Shown: one piece after another, positions 22,728-35,473 of the stretch
Position numbering within the stretch: position 1 is the stretch's first letter
How the letters are laid out: every line of letters starts with the position of its first letter
Source of the DNA: Takakia lepidozioides
Taxonomy: Eukaryota > Plantae > Bryophyta
Assembly: GCA_030704615.1 (NCBI GenBank)
Contig: CM060732.1
Span: 19,096,001 to 19,160,000 of the forward strand
Direction: 5' to 3'
Length of the DNA stretch: 64,000 nt
Notes under the pieces: model-generated
What the model was told of the DNA's origin: nothing
Databases searched by the model: none
Seen by the model: the letters and a program-made list of their open reading frames with translations, nothing else
Made by a program: the position numbers and the translations under genes

Positions 22728-25688
22728 TTGTTTTCCCAGCAGCAGATGGAGGCCTTAGGTACTTTGATTCGATCTGAGATACAGAAATTGGCCCCTGCAC
22801 AAACTCAAACTGAAAAGCGATCTAGGGAGCTACCTATGAGTGAGCCACTGAATGAGGACAAATCTGAGGCCGACTCCCATGAGGCCAAGATGAAAAGAAG
22901 CAAGGATGTCACCAGGGAAATCAGAAGATTGGTGAAATTGTCAGAATTTTATGGTAAGCCATCTGTCAAGCCCGAGGAAATATTGTCATTCCTGGATACA
23001 TTAGAAGAGTTCTTTGAGGAAGATTATTCAGAGGAAGCCAAAATACAGACAACTGCTCTACAGCTCCGTGATGCCGCCAAGCTATGGTGGTCGCGCCAGA
23101 AGCAGGAACGCCGTGAACACAAGAAACCACCTGTGGATAGTTGGGCTATGTTTAAGACACTGTTCTTAGCCCAGGTTTTTTCAAAACTTGATCTTCGGTC
23201 TGGATATCATCAGATATGGATCAAGAATTCTGACATACCAAAGACAGGATTTCGATCTCGTTTTGGTCATTACGAATTCTTGGTGATGCCATTTGGGCTC
23301 ACGAATGCTCCAGCAACATTTACTCATCTGATGAATTCTCTGTTCCAGAAATATTTGGGGAAGATGGTCCTAGTCTACATGGATGATATACTAATATACT
23401 CGAAGTCTGAAGAAGAACATGAACAACATCTACGCTTGGTCTTAGACATATTGAGAGAGAACCACCTATTTGCTAAGAGAAGCAAGTGTGAGTTCTTTGT
23501 AGACCACATGGATTATTTGGGATTTTGCATATCCAAAGATGGAATCTTAATTGATCCTAAGAAAGTCCAGACAGTGGTTGAATGGCCTAAGCCAAGTGAT
23601 AAGACTGAGGTCGGGAGCTTTATTGGGTTTGCTAGCTTCCTACGGAAGTTTGTCAAATCTTTTTCACAGACTGCAGCACCATTGACTGACATGCTTAAGG
23701 ACTCGAGTCCTGTAAGCTTGAGAGACGTCTGGACAAGAGAATGTGATAACAGTTTCGAGAAATTGAAGTTTGCCTTAACACATGCTCATTAAGATTGCTC
23801 GATCCTACGAAGGGAGCAATCGTACTGTGTACCGAAGCAAGTGATCTTGCTATTGGGGCTGTGCTGATGCAGGATGGGCAAGTGGTTGCCTATGAATCTC
23901 GAAAGATCAGTCCAGTAGAAAAGAATTACCCAACTCATGAAAAAGAACTGTTGGCAATAGTTCATGCTCTGAAGATATGGAGGCATTACCTGCTTCCAGT
24001 TGATTTTGTGATAGAGACTGACCATCAGAGTTTGAAATACTTGACCACACAGCCTCATTTGAGTCAGAGGCAGATTAGGTGGTCAGAACTGCTTCAGCAG
24101 TTCCATTATGACCTAAAGTATGTCAAGGGGAGAGAGAATGTGATTGCTGATGCACTTTCTAGGAGACCATTACAAGCTAATGTTGTCTCATGCATCAGTA
24201 GCACTATATTTCAAGACATTAAAGGTCAGTATGAGATTGATAAATTCTTCAAAGAGCCATTCAAGAGTTTGTCTCGTGACCAAAGAACTTCTATTGAGAA
24301 AGAGAAGTACCGGCCATACCTCTTGAGAGATGGGGTGTTATTTTATGATGGTCGGCTGTGTGTTCCCTTGATTCCAGACTTGAGATTGCGGATTATTCAT
24401 GACAATCACAATATTCCAATCTCAGGACACCCGGGTTTTCAGAGGACCTACTGGTCAATACGGAAGCATTATTTCTGGCCGGGAATGAAAAGAGATATCA
24501 AAGAATATGTACAGAAATGTTTCCCTTGTCAAGTGTCGAAATCAGAAAGAGTCCGACCTCCTGGATTACTACAACCATTATATGTTCCTGGATGGAATTG
24601 GGAAATCCATTAGCATGGATTTCATTGTGGCATTGCCCACGACCAGAAATGGCCATGACAGTATCATGGTGGTTGTAGATAAGCTGTCTAAGATAGCCCA
24701 CTTGATACCTACAAGGATGAGTGCTACGACATTTGATGTTGCATCCTTGTACATGAAAGAGATATTCAGGATCCATGGTTTGCCTCGGGAGATTATTTGT
24801 GACAGGGACTCAAAGTTTACAAGTCATTTTTGGATTGACTTGTTCAAGAAATTGGGAACCAAGGTGAGACTGAGTACGGCATTTCACCCAGAAACAGACG
24901 CTCAGACAGAAAGAACCAACCGTACAATAGAGGATATGTTGAGGATGTACGTTGGTGAAAGACAGTCCTCTTGGGAACAATATCTGTATATGGTGGAATT
25001 TGCCTATAACAAGCATTTCCACAGTGCTATTGGCATGAGCCCATTTGAAGCTTTATATGGACGAGATTGCTTAGCTCCTGCTTTGCTTATTGCACCACCA
25101 TCAAATGTGCAGAGTGTGAATGACAGGATCAAAGAGATGCACTCTGTACTGGACCTGGTGAAGCGTAGTATGCAGGCTGCACGGGAACGGGCTAAGTTCT
25201 TTGCTGATAAGCATAGAACTTTTCGTGAATTTGCCATTGGTGATATGGTGTTTTTGAAAGTTACACCTAAAAGAAGCAATCTAACACTGGGCAAGTGTTA
25301 TAAGTTGTCACCAAGGTTTTGTGGCCTGTTTAAAATCCTGGAACGCCATGGCACAGTGGCCTATGAGTTGGATCTGCCTCCAACATGGAAGATCCACAAA
25401 ACTTTCCATGTCAGCCTTCTCCGGAGGTATATGTCAGACCCATCACACATCTTGCCGACGTTGCCTCAAGCCATGAATGATGGTCAGCTGATGGCTGAAC
25501 CTGAAAAGATTCTAGAAACGCGAGTGAAGCACCTGCGCAACCGTTCTTGGAAAGAACATTTGATTAAGTGGTTGCATTACCCAGAGACAGAAGCTACTTG
25601 GGAGAAGGAAAATGAATTGACATTGAGTTACCCCTCATTTTCTGTCATTGAGGACAATGACCTGTCTTTGGGAGGGGGAATTTGTTAG
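22728..25688 (+). pseudogene. Chromovirus gag-(deletion)-RT-RH-INT-chromodomain
   Basis: Gag (AKLWW) joined in frame to RT (FSKLDLRSGYHQI, MPFGLTNAP, YMDD); RH (EASDLAIGAVL, ELLAIV, TDHQSL); INT (H..GH..C..C, SMDF, DRDSKF, ERTNRT); GPF-like motif; chromodomain (PEKIL...IKWLHYPETEATWE). Stop/frameshift at ~23790 and frameshift at ~24600. Confidence 0.92.
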
Positions 25689-26407
25689 GTGCCAGGAACG
25701 AAGATCGACCTGTCAACCAATTTGGAATAACAAGAGAATGCTAGAATATCGCCGAATTGACAGTTGCAGGTAAAATGGAGCAGGCTCGCGTGCATGAAGA
25801 GATCCAGGACTAGGGATTTAAAAAGTGTGCGTGGAGACGGCAAGATGGCTGGAGAAGGGATGATGGCGTACACGCGCCTGGAGCAGATCTGGATGCGCGT
25901 GAAAGCTGATTTGTAGCACGGCGTGGTGGCTGGGTGGACCGGATGCTATAGCTGGTGAAGCTGTGCTTTTAGAGTGTAGGTTGATGTTGGAATAGGTGTC
26001 GCTGGCCTTTGGTGCCTTGCAGCGGCAGGGGGACTGTGACTTCTCTTTTGTATAGAGTGATGGTGTAAATCTTGTGACTAAGGTTTCATCAAGAGTTGAT
26101 TTGAAGAGGGGCAGTTTAGATCCGATTCCAACTGTTTGGAATAAGAAAGGTTCGCTTTAAGGCTTGTGAATATGCTTTTGTGAAGAACATGGCTGAACGA
26201 TCGTGGAATGAAGCGATCTCTGTTACGATCTGAGTCAGAGAATTGTGACTGGAATAAAAGAGGCTGGTTACAGAAGGTCTATACTGTTGTGGATTCAAGC
26301 ATGCAGTTCTCTAGGGATTATGATAAATTCCCTGTGAATAGCAAGATAAACAAAGTGCCTGAAATTGGTCATAGTCAGACTGAGGAAAGAGAGTCAGATA
26401 CTTTTCA
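25683..26407 (+). repeat. 3' LTR (725 bp)
   Basis: Direct repeat of the 5' LTR with scattered substitutions and indels. Confidence 0.95.
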
Positions 26408-28339
26408 CAGGATATTGTATAGGGGCCCTGCAGGCCGGAGGACAGTGTGAGAGCATGCATTATATGCAGACTGACTTGGATCCACCGATGCAATTGCAGC
26501 TGGGATCCTGGGCTTGCTTGGTAGGGTAGCTGAACGATCTTTCTGGTAGACCACAGGGCTTCGTTTTAGGCCCGGAATAATTCTGCATGTTGGGAAGATT
26601 ATATATAGTTAGGGACCCAGGCTGCTACTATAACTTGCAGTTGATCAATCCCTGTCTGTCACTACCTCAGCTTCTCTATCCTGAAGTAGCAGCTGCTTGT
26701 CTTTGATGTGTTCTGGATTCAAGTGGAACGTACGAGCAAGTGTGTGTGTCTTGAGAAAACGCAGTGCTCAATATACAGAAGCAAATGGATTCGGCAACGT
26801 GTACGTCTCATGGCATGCGCCATTGCCACCCAGCCCTGGTTGGAGACTGGTTGCAGATCCATAAACGGAAGAGGATGGGGCGAGAGTCGGGCTGCCGCCT
26901 GGCTCCCTGTATGCCACCTGCGGAGCTTGCCAAAGCATGGCCAGGTTGCCTAGGTGGCATGCAGGGAGCCATGCAGACCCTTCCTTGACTGCTCCCTCTT
27001 CCAACCGGGCGACCTTCTATCCAAGACAGTTCATGAGGTACCAGCCTGCAGTACTTGACTAACGCCGTGTATGCTTATAGCCTTGAGGACCTCCATTTTC
27101 ATGAATCACATGTTGGGTGGTTCGAATTTATTTAAGGATGTTTTCATAGGTACCACTTTCAAGACTAGTAACTTAGACATATATCGCTCCAGAGTGCTCA
27201 AGTCGACGTATATGACGTTTTCCGGTCCGTGTTCTCAAGATTATTCTTCTAGCATAATTTGAAGAAGTTGATGAACGGCTCTGACTTGTGGCTCATTGTT
27301 CAGCTTAGATACACTTCACTACTAGTCCAAGCTCAACTTGATGCCTCCTGAAACGTTCGAAGTTCAGATTCGATCTGGCCAAGGTTCTCTCTCGAGGAGC
27401 TGTGTACGTCTCTCTTTCTACCTTGAACTATTTCAATGGATCCATGCTGTAGCAAATGCAGGACTCACAAGTAGGGATGAAAATTAGTTAGCGTATGGAA
27501 ACAAACTCGCGTTTGATACAACAGTTGCAGGCATGATTCTGACCACATTCAATCGTACCCACTCCAATCAAAGACTCGTCAACAAAGTTTTACCCACCTC
27601 ACTGAAGTCTGATCATGGATTCAACAGCTATCTCACTGCAGCTGGGAATCGGCTTCCTGAGTACCCTGCCTGCAGGATTATAGCAGTGACAACAGCCAAC
27701 TCAAAGAAGCTGTTGCAACTACATTATGTACACAAGCCGTGATCTGTTTTTTATTGGCCTGCCATTTCGTATAAGGCAGGGACACTCTCATCGGTTGGAG
27801 CTTAAATCATGGGTTGGAGAAGGGAACCTTGCTATTGTTATTGAGAACTAAAGTATGAGGATGGATGAATGAAAGTTTTATTCAATGGAGAGTGGCAAAA
27901 AATTAAGAAGTGAGCAGTCGGAATGACCGACTACAACTGTAAGCTAATTAATTGATTTTGTTTTTATTTTGTTTTTTTAACAGGGGATAGTGGCCCTGGA
28001 GAATTGATTTTGAGAAGTAGCTGTCCTTTTTTTCTTTTTTTTTTCTTTTTTATAAGAAAGGGGACAGAGGCCCTTCTAATCAAATTAATTAAGAAGGTGT
28101 CACATTTGGTGGAAAAACTAACCACCACCGGGCCGTGAAGGCTTATAGTTGGGATACATCCCCAGAACCCTAGCAAACTAGCTATGGAGCCGCGAAGAAG
28201 AAGGGCCCTTTTGTCAAAACAACTAAGAGCAACTCGGGTTTTATGTTCTTGAGCCTCAATTCAACCTCAATTCTCCGCAGTGTGCAATTCTGGATAGTGT
28301 CCACTATATTATTTTATTATTATTTTGTTTGATTTAGCC

Positions 28340-28937
28340 GTCATATAATACACAGAAAAAAAAAAAAACGGCGAGACGTCTGTTTGTTTGTGGCGTCGTT
28401 GAGCTCTCCCAAACCCTGGGCCCAGCCCGGGTGCTTGGTGCCGTTGGAAAGCCCTTGATGAGGAGGGGTGCATCAGCTTGGTCTCATGATTTTTTGGCAT
28501 GCTGTATGGGAGATGTCGAATGATTTCAAGTACTTTTGGTCGCTGGAAATTCATGAAAAATAGCAAAGTGGGGTTTCTTGGGACAATGATTGGAGCCTCG
28601 GAGAAATTACTACTCAATAAATTAATGGAAAAAACTAAATTGGGCCTTGCCATGGGAGACCTACTTGGATACATAGGAGATTGTAGTTGGGCTTAGATGA
28701 CACTTGGGCCTCTACATGGGAGATGCACTTGGATACATGAATCGACATAGGAAATGCACTAGGATACATAGGAAATTGCACTTAGTCTTAGATTTCAGTT
28801 CTTCACACATGGGCCAAAGGCCCATGCTCCCCTAGAGGACGCACTTGGGCCTCCACATAGGAGACGCATAGGGATGCATAGGAGATCTTCCACTTGGGCT
28901 TAGATGTCAGTGGATATGGGCCAACGGCACAGACTAC
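28340..28937 (+). mobile_element. Putative non-autonomous Helitron-like repeat
   Basis: TCATATAA...GTTTGTTTG start, internal CATAGGAGATGCACTTGG-like subrepeats (28650-28905), and 3' GGGCCAACGGCAC mini-hairpin followed by CTAC (expected CTRR). Confidence 0.4.
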
Positions 28938-30316
28938 CCATATATATAAATATTGAAAGGGGACTAAATTTGATATGAAATCTAATTAGATTTTTTTTAA
29001 ACATAGTAAAGGATTTTTGAATTGAATTTGTGTGATATGAGAAGAAAAAAAAATTGTGTGATATTAGATGTCAGGAGGCAAATTATTTGAAGTTATACTA
29101 ACATGAGCTGCAGTTACAGATGTGTAACTCAAATCTAATCCTGCTGTCTTGTCTTGTGCGGTATAATTTTGTTTTCTTGGCCACTCTTTTGGCTCATGTA
29201 AACTGGTGTGAACTGTGAACGTGCCTTGTATATAATTTATGTAGAAGTTTCAAACAATTATCTTGTTCCAAAATAAAAGCATTGCTCTGACAGATGTGGA
29301 TCACCAGTTGTTGGTAGCTCAGATGGATGGAACACATTGCATCATCATAGTGGTTGGGAGTGCGAACCCTGGCACCTATGTCCTGGGAGGTAATAGTTTC
29401 GTGGCCGGATGGGTTCTCCTGATCGGCCCCCATGGCTTGTGTATGTCGCTCTCAGGCTTCCTTCTCACAACTAATTTGTTCTTAACAAAAAAGTATGCGT
29501 GAAAGGTGTTCTGGCTATTGAGCTGCTCTGCAGAAAAGTTAGCAACGACTGACTAGACTGTCAGTAGATAACTGGTAGATACCAGCAGATTTGATCCCAA
29601 CATCTACCACTTCTATATCAGCAAATAGTGCCATAAATTTGTATATTGTATTATCTTGCTGAATCCAAATTACAAAGGCTTGTCTTGCATGGTCCTATGT
29701 TCAATACCAGATCGTATCCGTTTTGACTTCAAATGGAAAGTATTGAAACCTGGGCAATCCCACTTAAAAAAAGCAGGCCCATTTGGTCTTGATGGATCTT
29801 TCAAGTCTGATCCTCCACTCTCTCCTTTGCAGCAAGCAGAGTAAGCAGGCAGCATGAAATCAGATCCGAATGATCTCATACTGTGGCAGAAATAACCCAC
29901 GGCAAGGATGAACAAACTTGTGTGTGTCAATGTCAGACATAGTGAGCATGCTCTCTCCCACTCCATACCCCAAGTGACCAACATGAATGATCAAACGAAA
30001 ACACACAGAGTAGACAGGTTTGAGAGAGGTCACTTGAGATTCTTGAAAGGAGCTGTTCTGTACAGAAAGATTACTAAGATCTGATCTGGAAGACTCCTGG
30101 GCGTGCTCAAGCTGCCTATGCGCCACAAGAGAGCAATTAGGTGGTGAGCTGCTGCTGCTCACACAGACTACATAAATGTTTTCTAACCTCTCGTATGGCA
30201 GTATAATGACATCGCCTTCAACCGCCACATTTGCACTGCTTTACAGCTTCATTCTTCCCAATCCAATTGCAACCGAGGCAGCAGGCTCTCAAAAGGTATC
30301 ATGCTCCCTCCAATCT

Positions 30317-30634
30317 TCAGGGACGATCTGCCGGGGCTTTCTGCGTGGCCGGATGCGACGACTCCAGGGCTTGGTTGCCCTTTCCAGAGGGATGCTGTGA
30401 AATGTTCTTCGACCTGTAGTACGTCCATGTGCCGAGCCCAACGACCACTGCAAGGCCAGCAAGCGTGACAGGGTATCTACCAGCACGGCTCAGACCCACA
30501 CCGCCTTGCTGGTGTAAAACTCCTCCAGGACTGCTGCCCGGAGGCCTCTTTGACCCTTCCAATCCGAGTTGCTTCACCTCCTCGGGACTCATCTGAGTGG
30601 TGTCCGCATTTGTCTTCCAGCTTCGATCCGCCAT
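30317..30634 (-). CDS. Small single-pass membrane protein (105 aa), uncharacterised plant family
   Basis: Clean ATG-TGA ORF with a DTTQMSPEEV....EGSKRPPG..PGGVLHQ motif before a TM (VTLAGLAVVVGLGTWTYY) and basic residues; candidate 5'UTR intron acceptor TCACAG at ~30651. Family recognised from memory of similar angiosperm small proteins. Confidence 0.7.
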   Translation of the reverse strand: MADRSWKTNADTTQMSPEEVKQLGLEGSKRPPGSSPGGVLHQQGGVGLSRAGRYPVTLAGLAVVVGLGTWTYYRSKNISQHPSGKGNQALESSHPATQKAPADRP

Positions 30635-32092
30635 CGCTGCCTAACAATACCTGTGAGCAACAGCTGCTGTTATACCAAAAATCTCGAGTCTCTTGGCACT
30701 CTCTCAACTCTCTCACAAACCCAACTCTCCTTCTTGGGTGTTTGAATCTTTCTCTCCTACCCTGTCCCTCTTGATTCCTTGAAGAGCCTCTGTTTCTCAC
30801 TCGCTCACTCACCCGATTTTTACCTTCATACTTACTCTCTCTCAGTGATATGTGCATGCTCTCGTCCGATCCTCTTCACCTTCCTTAGCTGCCAAGTGTG
30901 AGGATCTTAACAGCTTCTCTGTCGGGAGACCTCCACCTGGCTTCTTGTACGTTGCCAAGTGGCGTGTTTCATGAGGTGTCCGCTTGGCAGGATAACAATG
31001 GACTGGAGTTATCCCCACTTGGCACAATTGGGTAGGCCAATCTTTTGTCCATTCTGTGAGTGGTAAGAATTTCAGATCTTTATAATGCTTTATTCGGTGA
31101 TTTTGTTTTGTTTTTTGTGGATGGGGCAGCGGGCTAAACTTTTTTTTGGATGGTATTTCTATCGCATTTTTTTTTTTTCGCATTTCTTACTCAGGTTTTA
31201 CCAGCGAACTATTCTGGAGGATAATTTACACCTACTGTGGCACCTACTCAAAAACTTTCATCAAATTTGGATGAAGTATTGGCTTGATTTTGGCCCAACT
31301 CACGGAGGCCATTTCCCCGGGTCAGATGTAAGCGGCCCGAGGTATTGGGGGCCACATACGCAGATTCGGGCAGCTGGAGAAGCGAGATGCTGCAGCCCGG
31401 CACACAAAATAGCGGGTGAAAGTTACTTCAAACTCATCAAAATGATGCTTTTGATTGAAAAATTTCAAGCGGGGTTAAAGCTCGTATCAAGGACTGCATT
31501 TTGCCTTTGAATGTTCCCAGTCCCACCTCACAACAAATATGACCTACCCAAGATTTGTGGGGGCAGTTATAAAAACAGGTGCGACCCGATGGGCCTCAAC
31601 CTAGCTTAAGAGTTTTGGCTCCTCCAAGGACACTGGTTGCAATCCTTATTGCCAAAATTTAAGCTGCCTTTGGGCAGTGCCTGTTAAAGGCAACTTGGAA
31701 ACACACCAACACTGCTCAAGCATTCAACTCGCTTGACACATACACAGCACTTTTCCACAATGTTGCAGCGACTTACTTTAATGGAAAAACAGGGGATTGG
31801 CATCCCTTACACAGTCCTTAGGCAAGGACTTAGTCTGTCAGGCGACAGAATATACAGATAACCTAGAGTAGATATATTGGCGGCTGCTTATACTCCTGGC
31901 TACAGCTTCTAGAGTTCACAGCCTGCAAGGCGGGAAGACAGAACACTCATTGCTACCTAGCTTGATTCTAACTGACTAGATAACGTGGAACACTGTAAGC
32001 CAGGCACTCTACACCGTATGCTACCATGGCTCTACGTATTTTCTACAGTGCCATCCTTTCTTTTCTTTTCATTGCCCTTTAACTGTTCCTAC

Positions 32093-32567
32093 CAGTGTTG
32101 GTCTGGTATATAGGTGAAGGACTCGTATATACACCGGTATATGCACTGGGTATCAGGCTGGTATTATTTGGGAGAATACCATGTCATATATTAGACCAGG
32201 CTGGTATCCGTTTTCTCATACCAGCCACAATACCAGTACTCCCCCGTCTTCCTCATTTACTCCGGTATGTGTACTATACTAATTTATGTGTACATGTACT
32301 TATTTATATTTACTTCTTTATGTTTATTGTATTTGTTTTCACTTGATATTTGATAAACTTGTAACTTTTTCCCTTAAAAATAAAAATAAAATGCAAGATG
32401 GCTTTGAAATGATACCAGAATTGATATCTCATACCAGCTCTTATTGTGGTCATGATACTCATACTTATACTAGTATCTGGCAAAAAGTACATCCACATTT
32501 ATATAGACCAGACTGGTATGAAAGTTTTGTGATGGGTCTTGTACGACCTGATACTAGACCAACACTC
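32093..32567. mobile_element. MITE-like element with ~17-bp TIRs
   Basis: CAGTGTTGGTCTGGTAT (32093-32109) vs ATACTAGACCAACACTC (32551-32567); internal TGGTAT/ATACCA motifs; no TSD seen. A related end occurs at 35115-35131. Confidence 0.6.
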
Positions 32568-33804
32568 TTGAAGGGGGGGTTAGGTAGAGTGACCAGTCTC
32601 CACAAAATTTTGATCCGACGATGCATAGAGCATTGCATAGACATAGATGCAAAGAAGGTAATGGCTCAACTCATCCTCAAACTGTTTATACGGAGCAGAC
32701 TACGCTTACCTACCTGACAAGTTGAATGCAAGCGTGGGAGCCTCGCCGGTACGGTCGCGGGTGTTGGCCGTACTGGCGACGTTCCGGCGGGGCGCACTGT
32801 CAAATCCCCACCCCCCCTTGCTCCCCTCTCACCTACAAGCCTGTATTTGTAGGTTAAAGAATTAGGAAATCAAAGATAATGCAAGTAGTGGATGGTAGTG
32901 TTGTGGCTAGGTGATGTGTCTTGCATGGATGAGGTCTGAGATTCAACTCGTGGTAGTATGTCATGTTGATTGATAGGGTTGCACATGGGATTGATTAATA
33001 TATCTCCAAAAAAATAGTCATGTTGATTGATAGGTTGCACATGGGATTGATTAATATATTTTTTCATCTCCAAAATAATCCTAAGTCCAAGATCGTCGCT
33101 ACGCTCCCATGTTCCCTCTGTCCCCTCCGTATTCCCAGTCCCGCTCCCCTATCCATGTCATGTTGTTCTTGGTCCCCCCTCCCCTCCTCGCCTTATGGAA
33201 CGCGGCTCGATCCCCTATTCCTAGTCCTCGCTCCCCTCCTCGCCCTGTGGAATGCGGCTCGCTCCCCTCTTCGTGGTCCTCGCTCCCCTTTCCCGATATG
33301 GGGAGCACGGATCTTGGACCAGGAACAGGGGAGCAAAATTGGAGAATGTTGGGGAACACGGTCCTAATGGTGGGGAGCGTGAGGAGGGAGCAGGAGATGT
33401 GGAGCGCTCCCCACCTTCACAATGGGAGAAGACATTTGACAGGTAGTCTATCAGAGCCTCCCTCAGCTGAGGCCAGCGGGCCCCACACTATCACACGCTT
33501 GCCTTAAACTCGTCGGGTAAGCTTAGTCTTTGTCGTTTATATATGGTAGCTGATTTTGCAGTTACCAATTGTAATATAGGGCCTGAATAGTCTCGTAGCT
33601 TCCGCGGCTCGACTACTAGGGACGTTGATATTGTGGGACTGCAATTCATAAAGAGTTTATACGAACCTTGACACACACGTAAAGCACCGTTCAGATTTTT
33701 CCTTTGTTATTTGACGCCCCTCCTAGCATCGGACGCATCTTATGTGATTCATGAAATCCTACCAACCTCGCATAATCTCAATCGGGAGCATTGCTTCACA
33801 AAAG

Positions 33805-33917
33805 GGAAGGCCCCAGCCCACGGGCGTTCCGTGATTTTTGGTCTGCTAGCCTCAGGCTAACGGCCTTGGCACCCTACAACCCTCTAGTCACGGAACGCTC
33901 TCCGGCCGGGGCCTTCC
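33805..33917. repeat. Inverted repeat, 30-bp arms (25/30 matches), 53-bp spacer
   Basis: GGAAGGCCCCAGCCCACGGGCGTTCCGTGA (33805-33834) vs TCACGGAACGCTCTCCGGCCGGGGCCTTCC (33888-33917). Confidence 0.8.
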
Positions 33918-35114
33918 ATATCATATAAGAGTCTAAGGTACTTCAGCGTAAATAGGGTTAGTTAGTTACTAGAACGGGGTTGGTATATATGTTATGTCTA
34001 TCGTCCCCTTTCCTTAAAAAAAAACAAAATTTTTTTTTTGTCTATTGGATGGGAGGTACTGGCCTGCTCATGACTATCTTTTTGCTAATGATATGTGGAA
34101 ATCTAATGCGAAGACTATCTTTGAAGTAATGTGGACTGGAGCTGCCCCCAGTCGCGATGTGGAATTGGGTGATGGTGCTTCACCGTATGATTTTTTTGCT
34201 TTGTTTGGCCTATTCTCCTTATACGAGAGGTGGACATCATGACCAACCTTTATGCCCACACTCTGAATTCAAAGGGGAGATTGAGGGGGGGTCGGTCCTA
34301 GTATGCTCACTGCGAAAGAATTGAGGGTCTGGTTGGTAGTCCACATTGTGATGGGTATCAAAAAGCTACCCAACACCCGCATTGATTGGAAGGCCAACCA
34401 TGACTCTTCACGTGTCCTTCCATTACCCGCAATATCATCTATTATCGGCTCCCACCTGTCCCTAGTTCCCCGGTTGTAAAGCACTACCAACAACATATGA
34501 GAGGTGTTGATGTAGCGCAGGGTCAACTAAGGGGGTACTACAGTGTGTAGACGCATAATCATAAGTGGCACCGTCTTTATTTCCACTCCGTAGATATGTC
34601 TTTCGTGAATTCATATATCTTGTATGGAGCTTTCATGAGATCCGAAGGGAAAATGCCACTGTTGCACATGATGTTCAATATTGAGATAGCAATTGGACTA
34701 ACTTGTGGCTGGGTTGGTCCTAGGAAAACAGTATAGGTAAGGTCACAAGCAGCAAATCCCAATGCTTTTCACTACTCCTTCAAGATCATCAGTAGGAGAG
34801 GCAAGTGTGTTGAGTGTGGACAGAGGCAGAGGTACTTCTGTGCGTTCCATAGGGATGTCCCAATGTGCTTGGGGCGTTACTTTCTGAAACATCATAGCGC
34901 ACCTTGAATAATGTAAGTGGTGATTTCTAATGTGAATGTGTTGTTTGTGTAACACAGAGACTTGGGGCCTTGAGCAGTAGGAAATGTATCTGCACTCAAG
35001 TTCTCATATGTGGTTGTTCATGTAGTCTGTTTTTTGTTGAATACACTGACCTGTTTGGAGATCGTTGGTTTCATGTCGGCACTAACACTGATATAGTGTT
35101 GGAACAGTTCAGAA

Positions 35115-35445
35115 GAGTGTTGGACTGATATTATATGGTCTAAGGCCTGGTATCAATATCGGTGTTAATTATATATACCTGCTGGTATCATAGATATCAC
35201 ATTAAGCATACTCATATTGATACCATTGCATCACAAAAATTGTAATGCATCAATTACTTAGAGACTTACATGAAACTGATAGTTTGAAAATGCTACCAGA
35301 TCTCATTGTTTAAAAGACATATATACCAGGACCAGACTGGTTCAAAACTTGATACCATTGCATCACAAAAATTGTAATGCATCAATTACTTAGAGTCTTA
35401 CACAAAATTGATAGTTTGAAAACGCTACCAGTTCTCATTGTTTAA
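35115..35445. repeat. MITE-related fragment with a ~97-bp direct duplication (period 132)
   Basis: TTGATACCATTGCATCACAAAAATTGTAATGC...CTCATTGTTTAA at 35217-35313 and 35349-35445. Confidence 0.75.
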
Positions 35446-35473
35446 GGACGTGAAAGTAACAATGCGACGCATA

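Larger units (their letters stand above)
21810..26407 (+). mobile_element. Ty3/gypsy chromovirus, both LTRs present, internally deleted and non-autonomous
   Basis: LTRs TG..CA at 21810-22513 and 25683-26407; 5-bp TSD CAGGA (21805-21809, 26408-26412); PBS TGGTATCGGAGC 22516-22527; PPT 25670-25680. Confidence 0.95.

Noticed and set aside
34045-34955. Possible decayed gene (several short ORFs)
   Set aside because: Frames are broken and no family motif was recognised.
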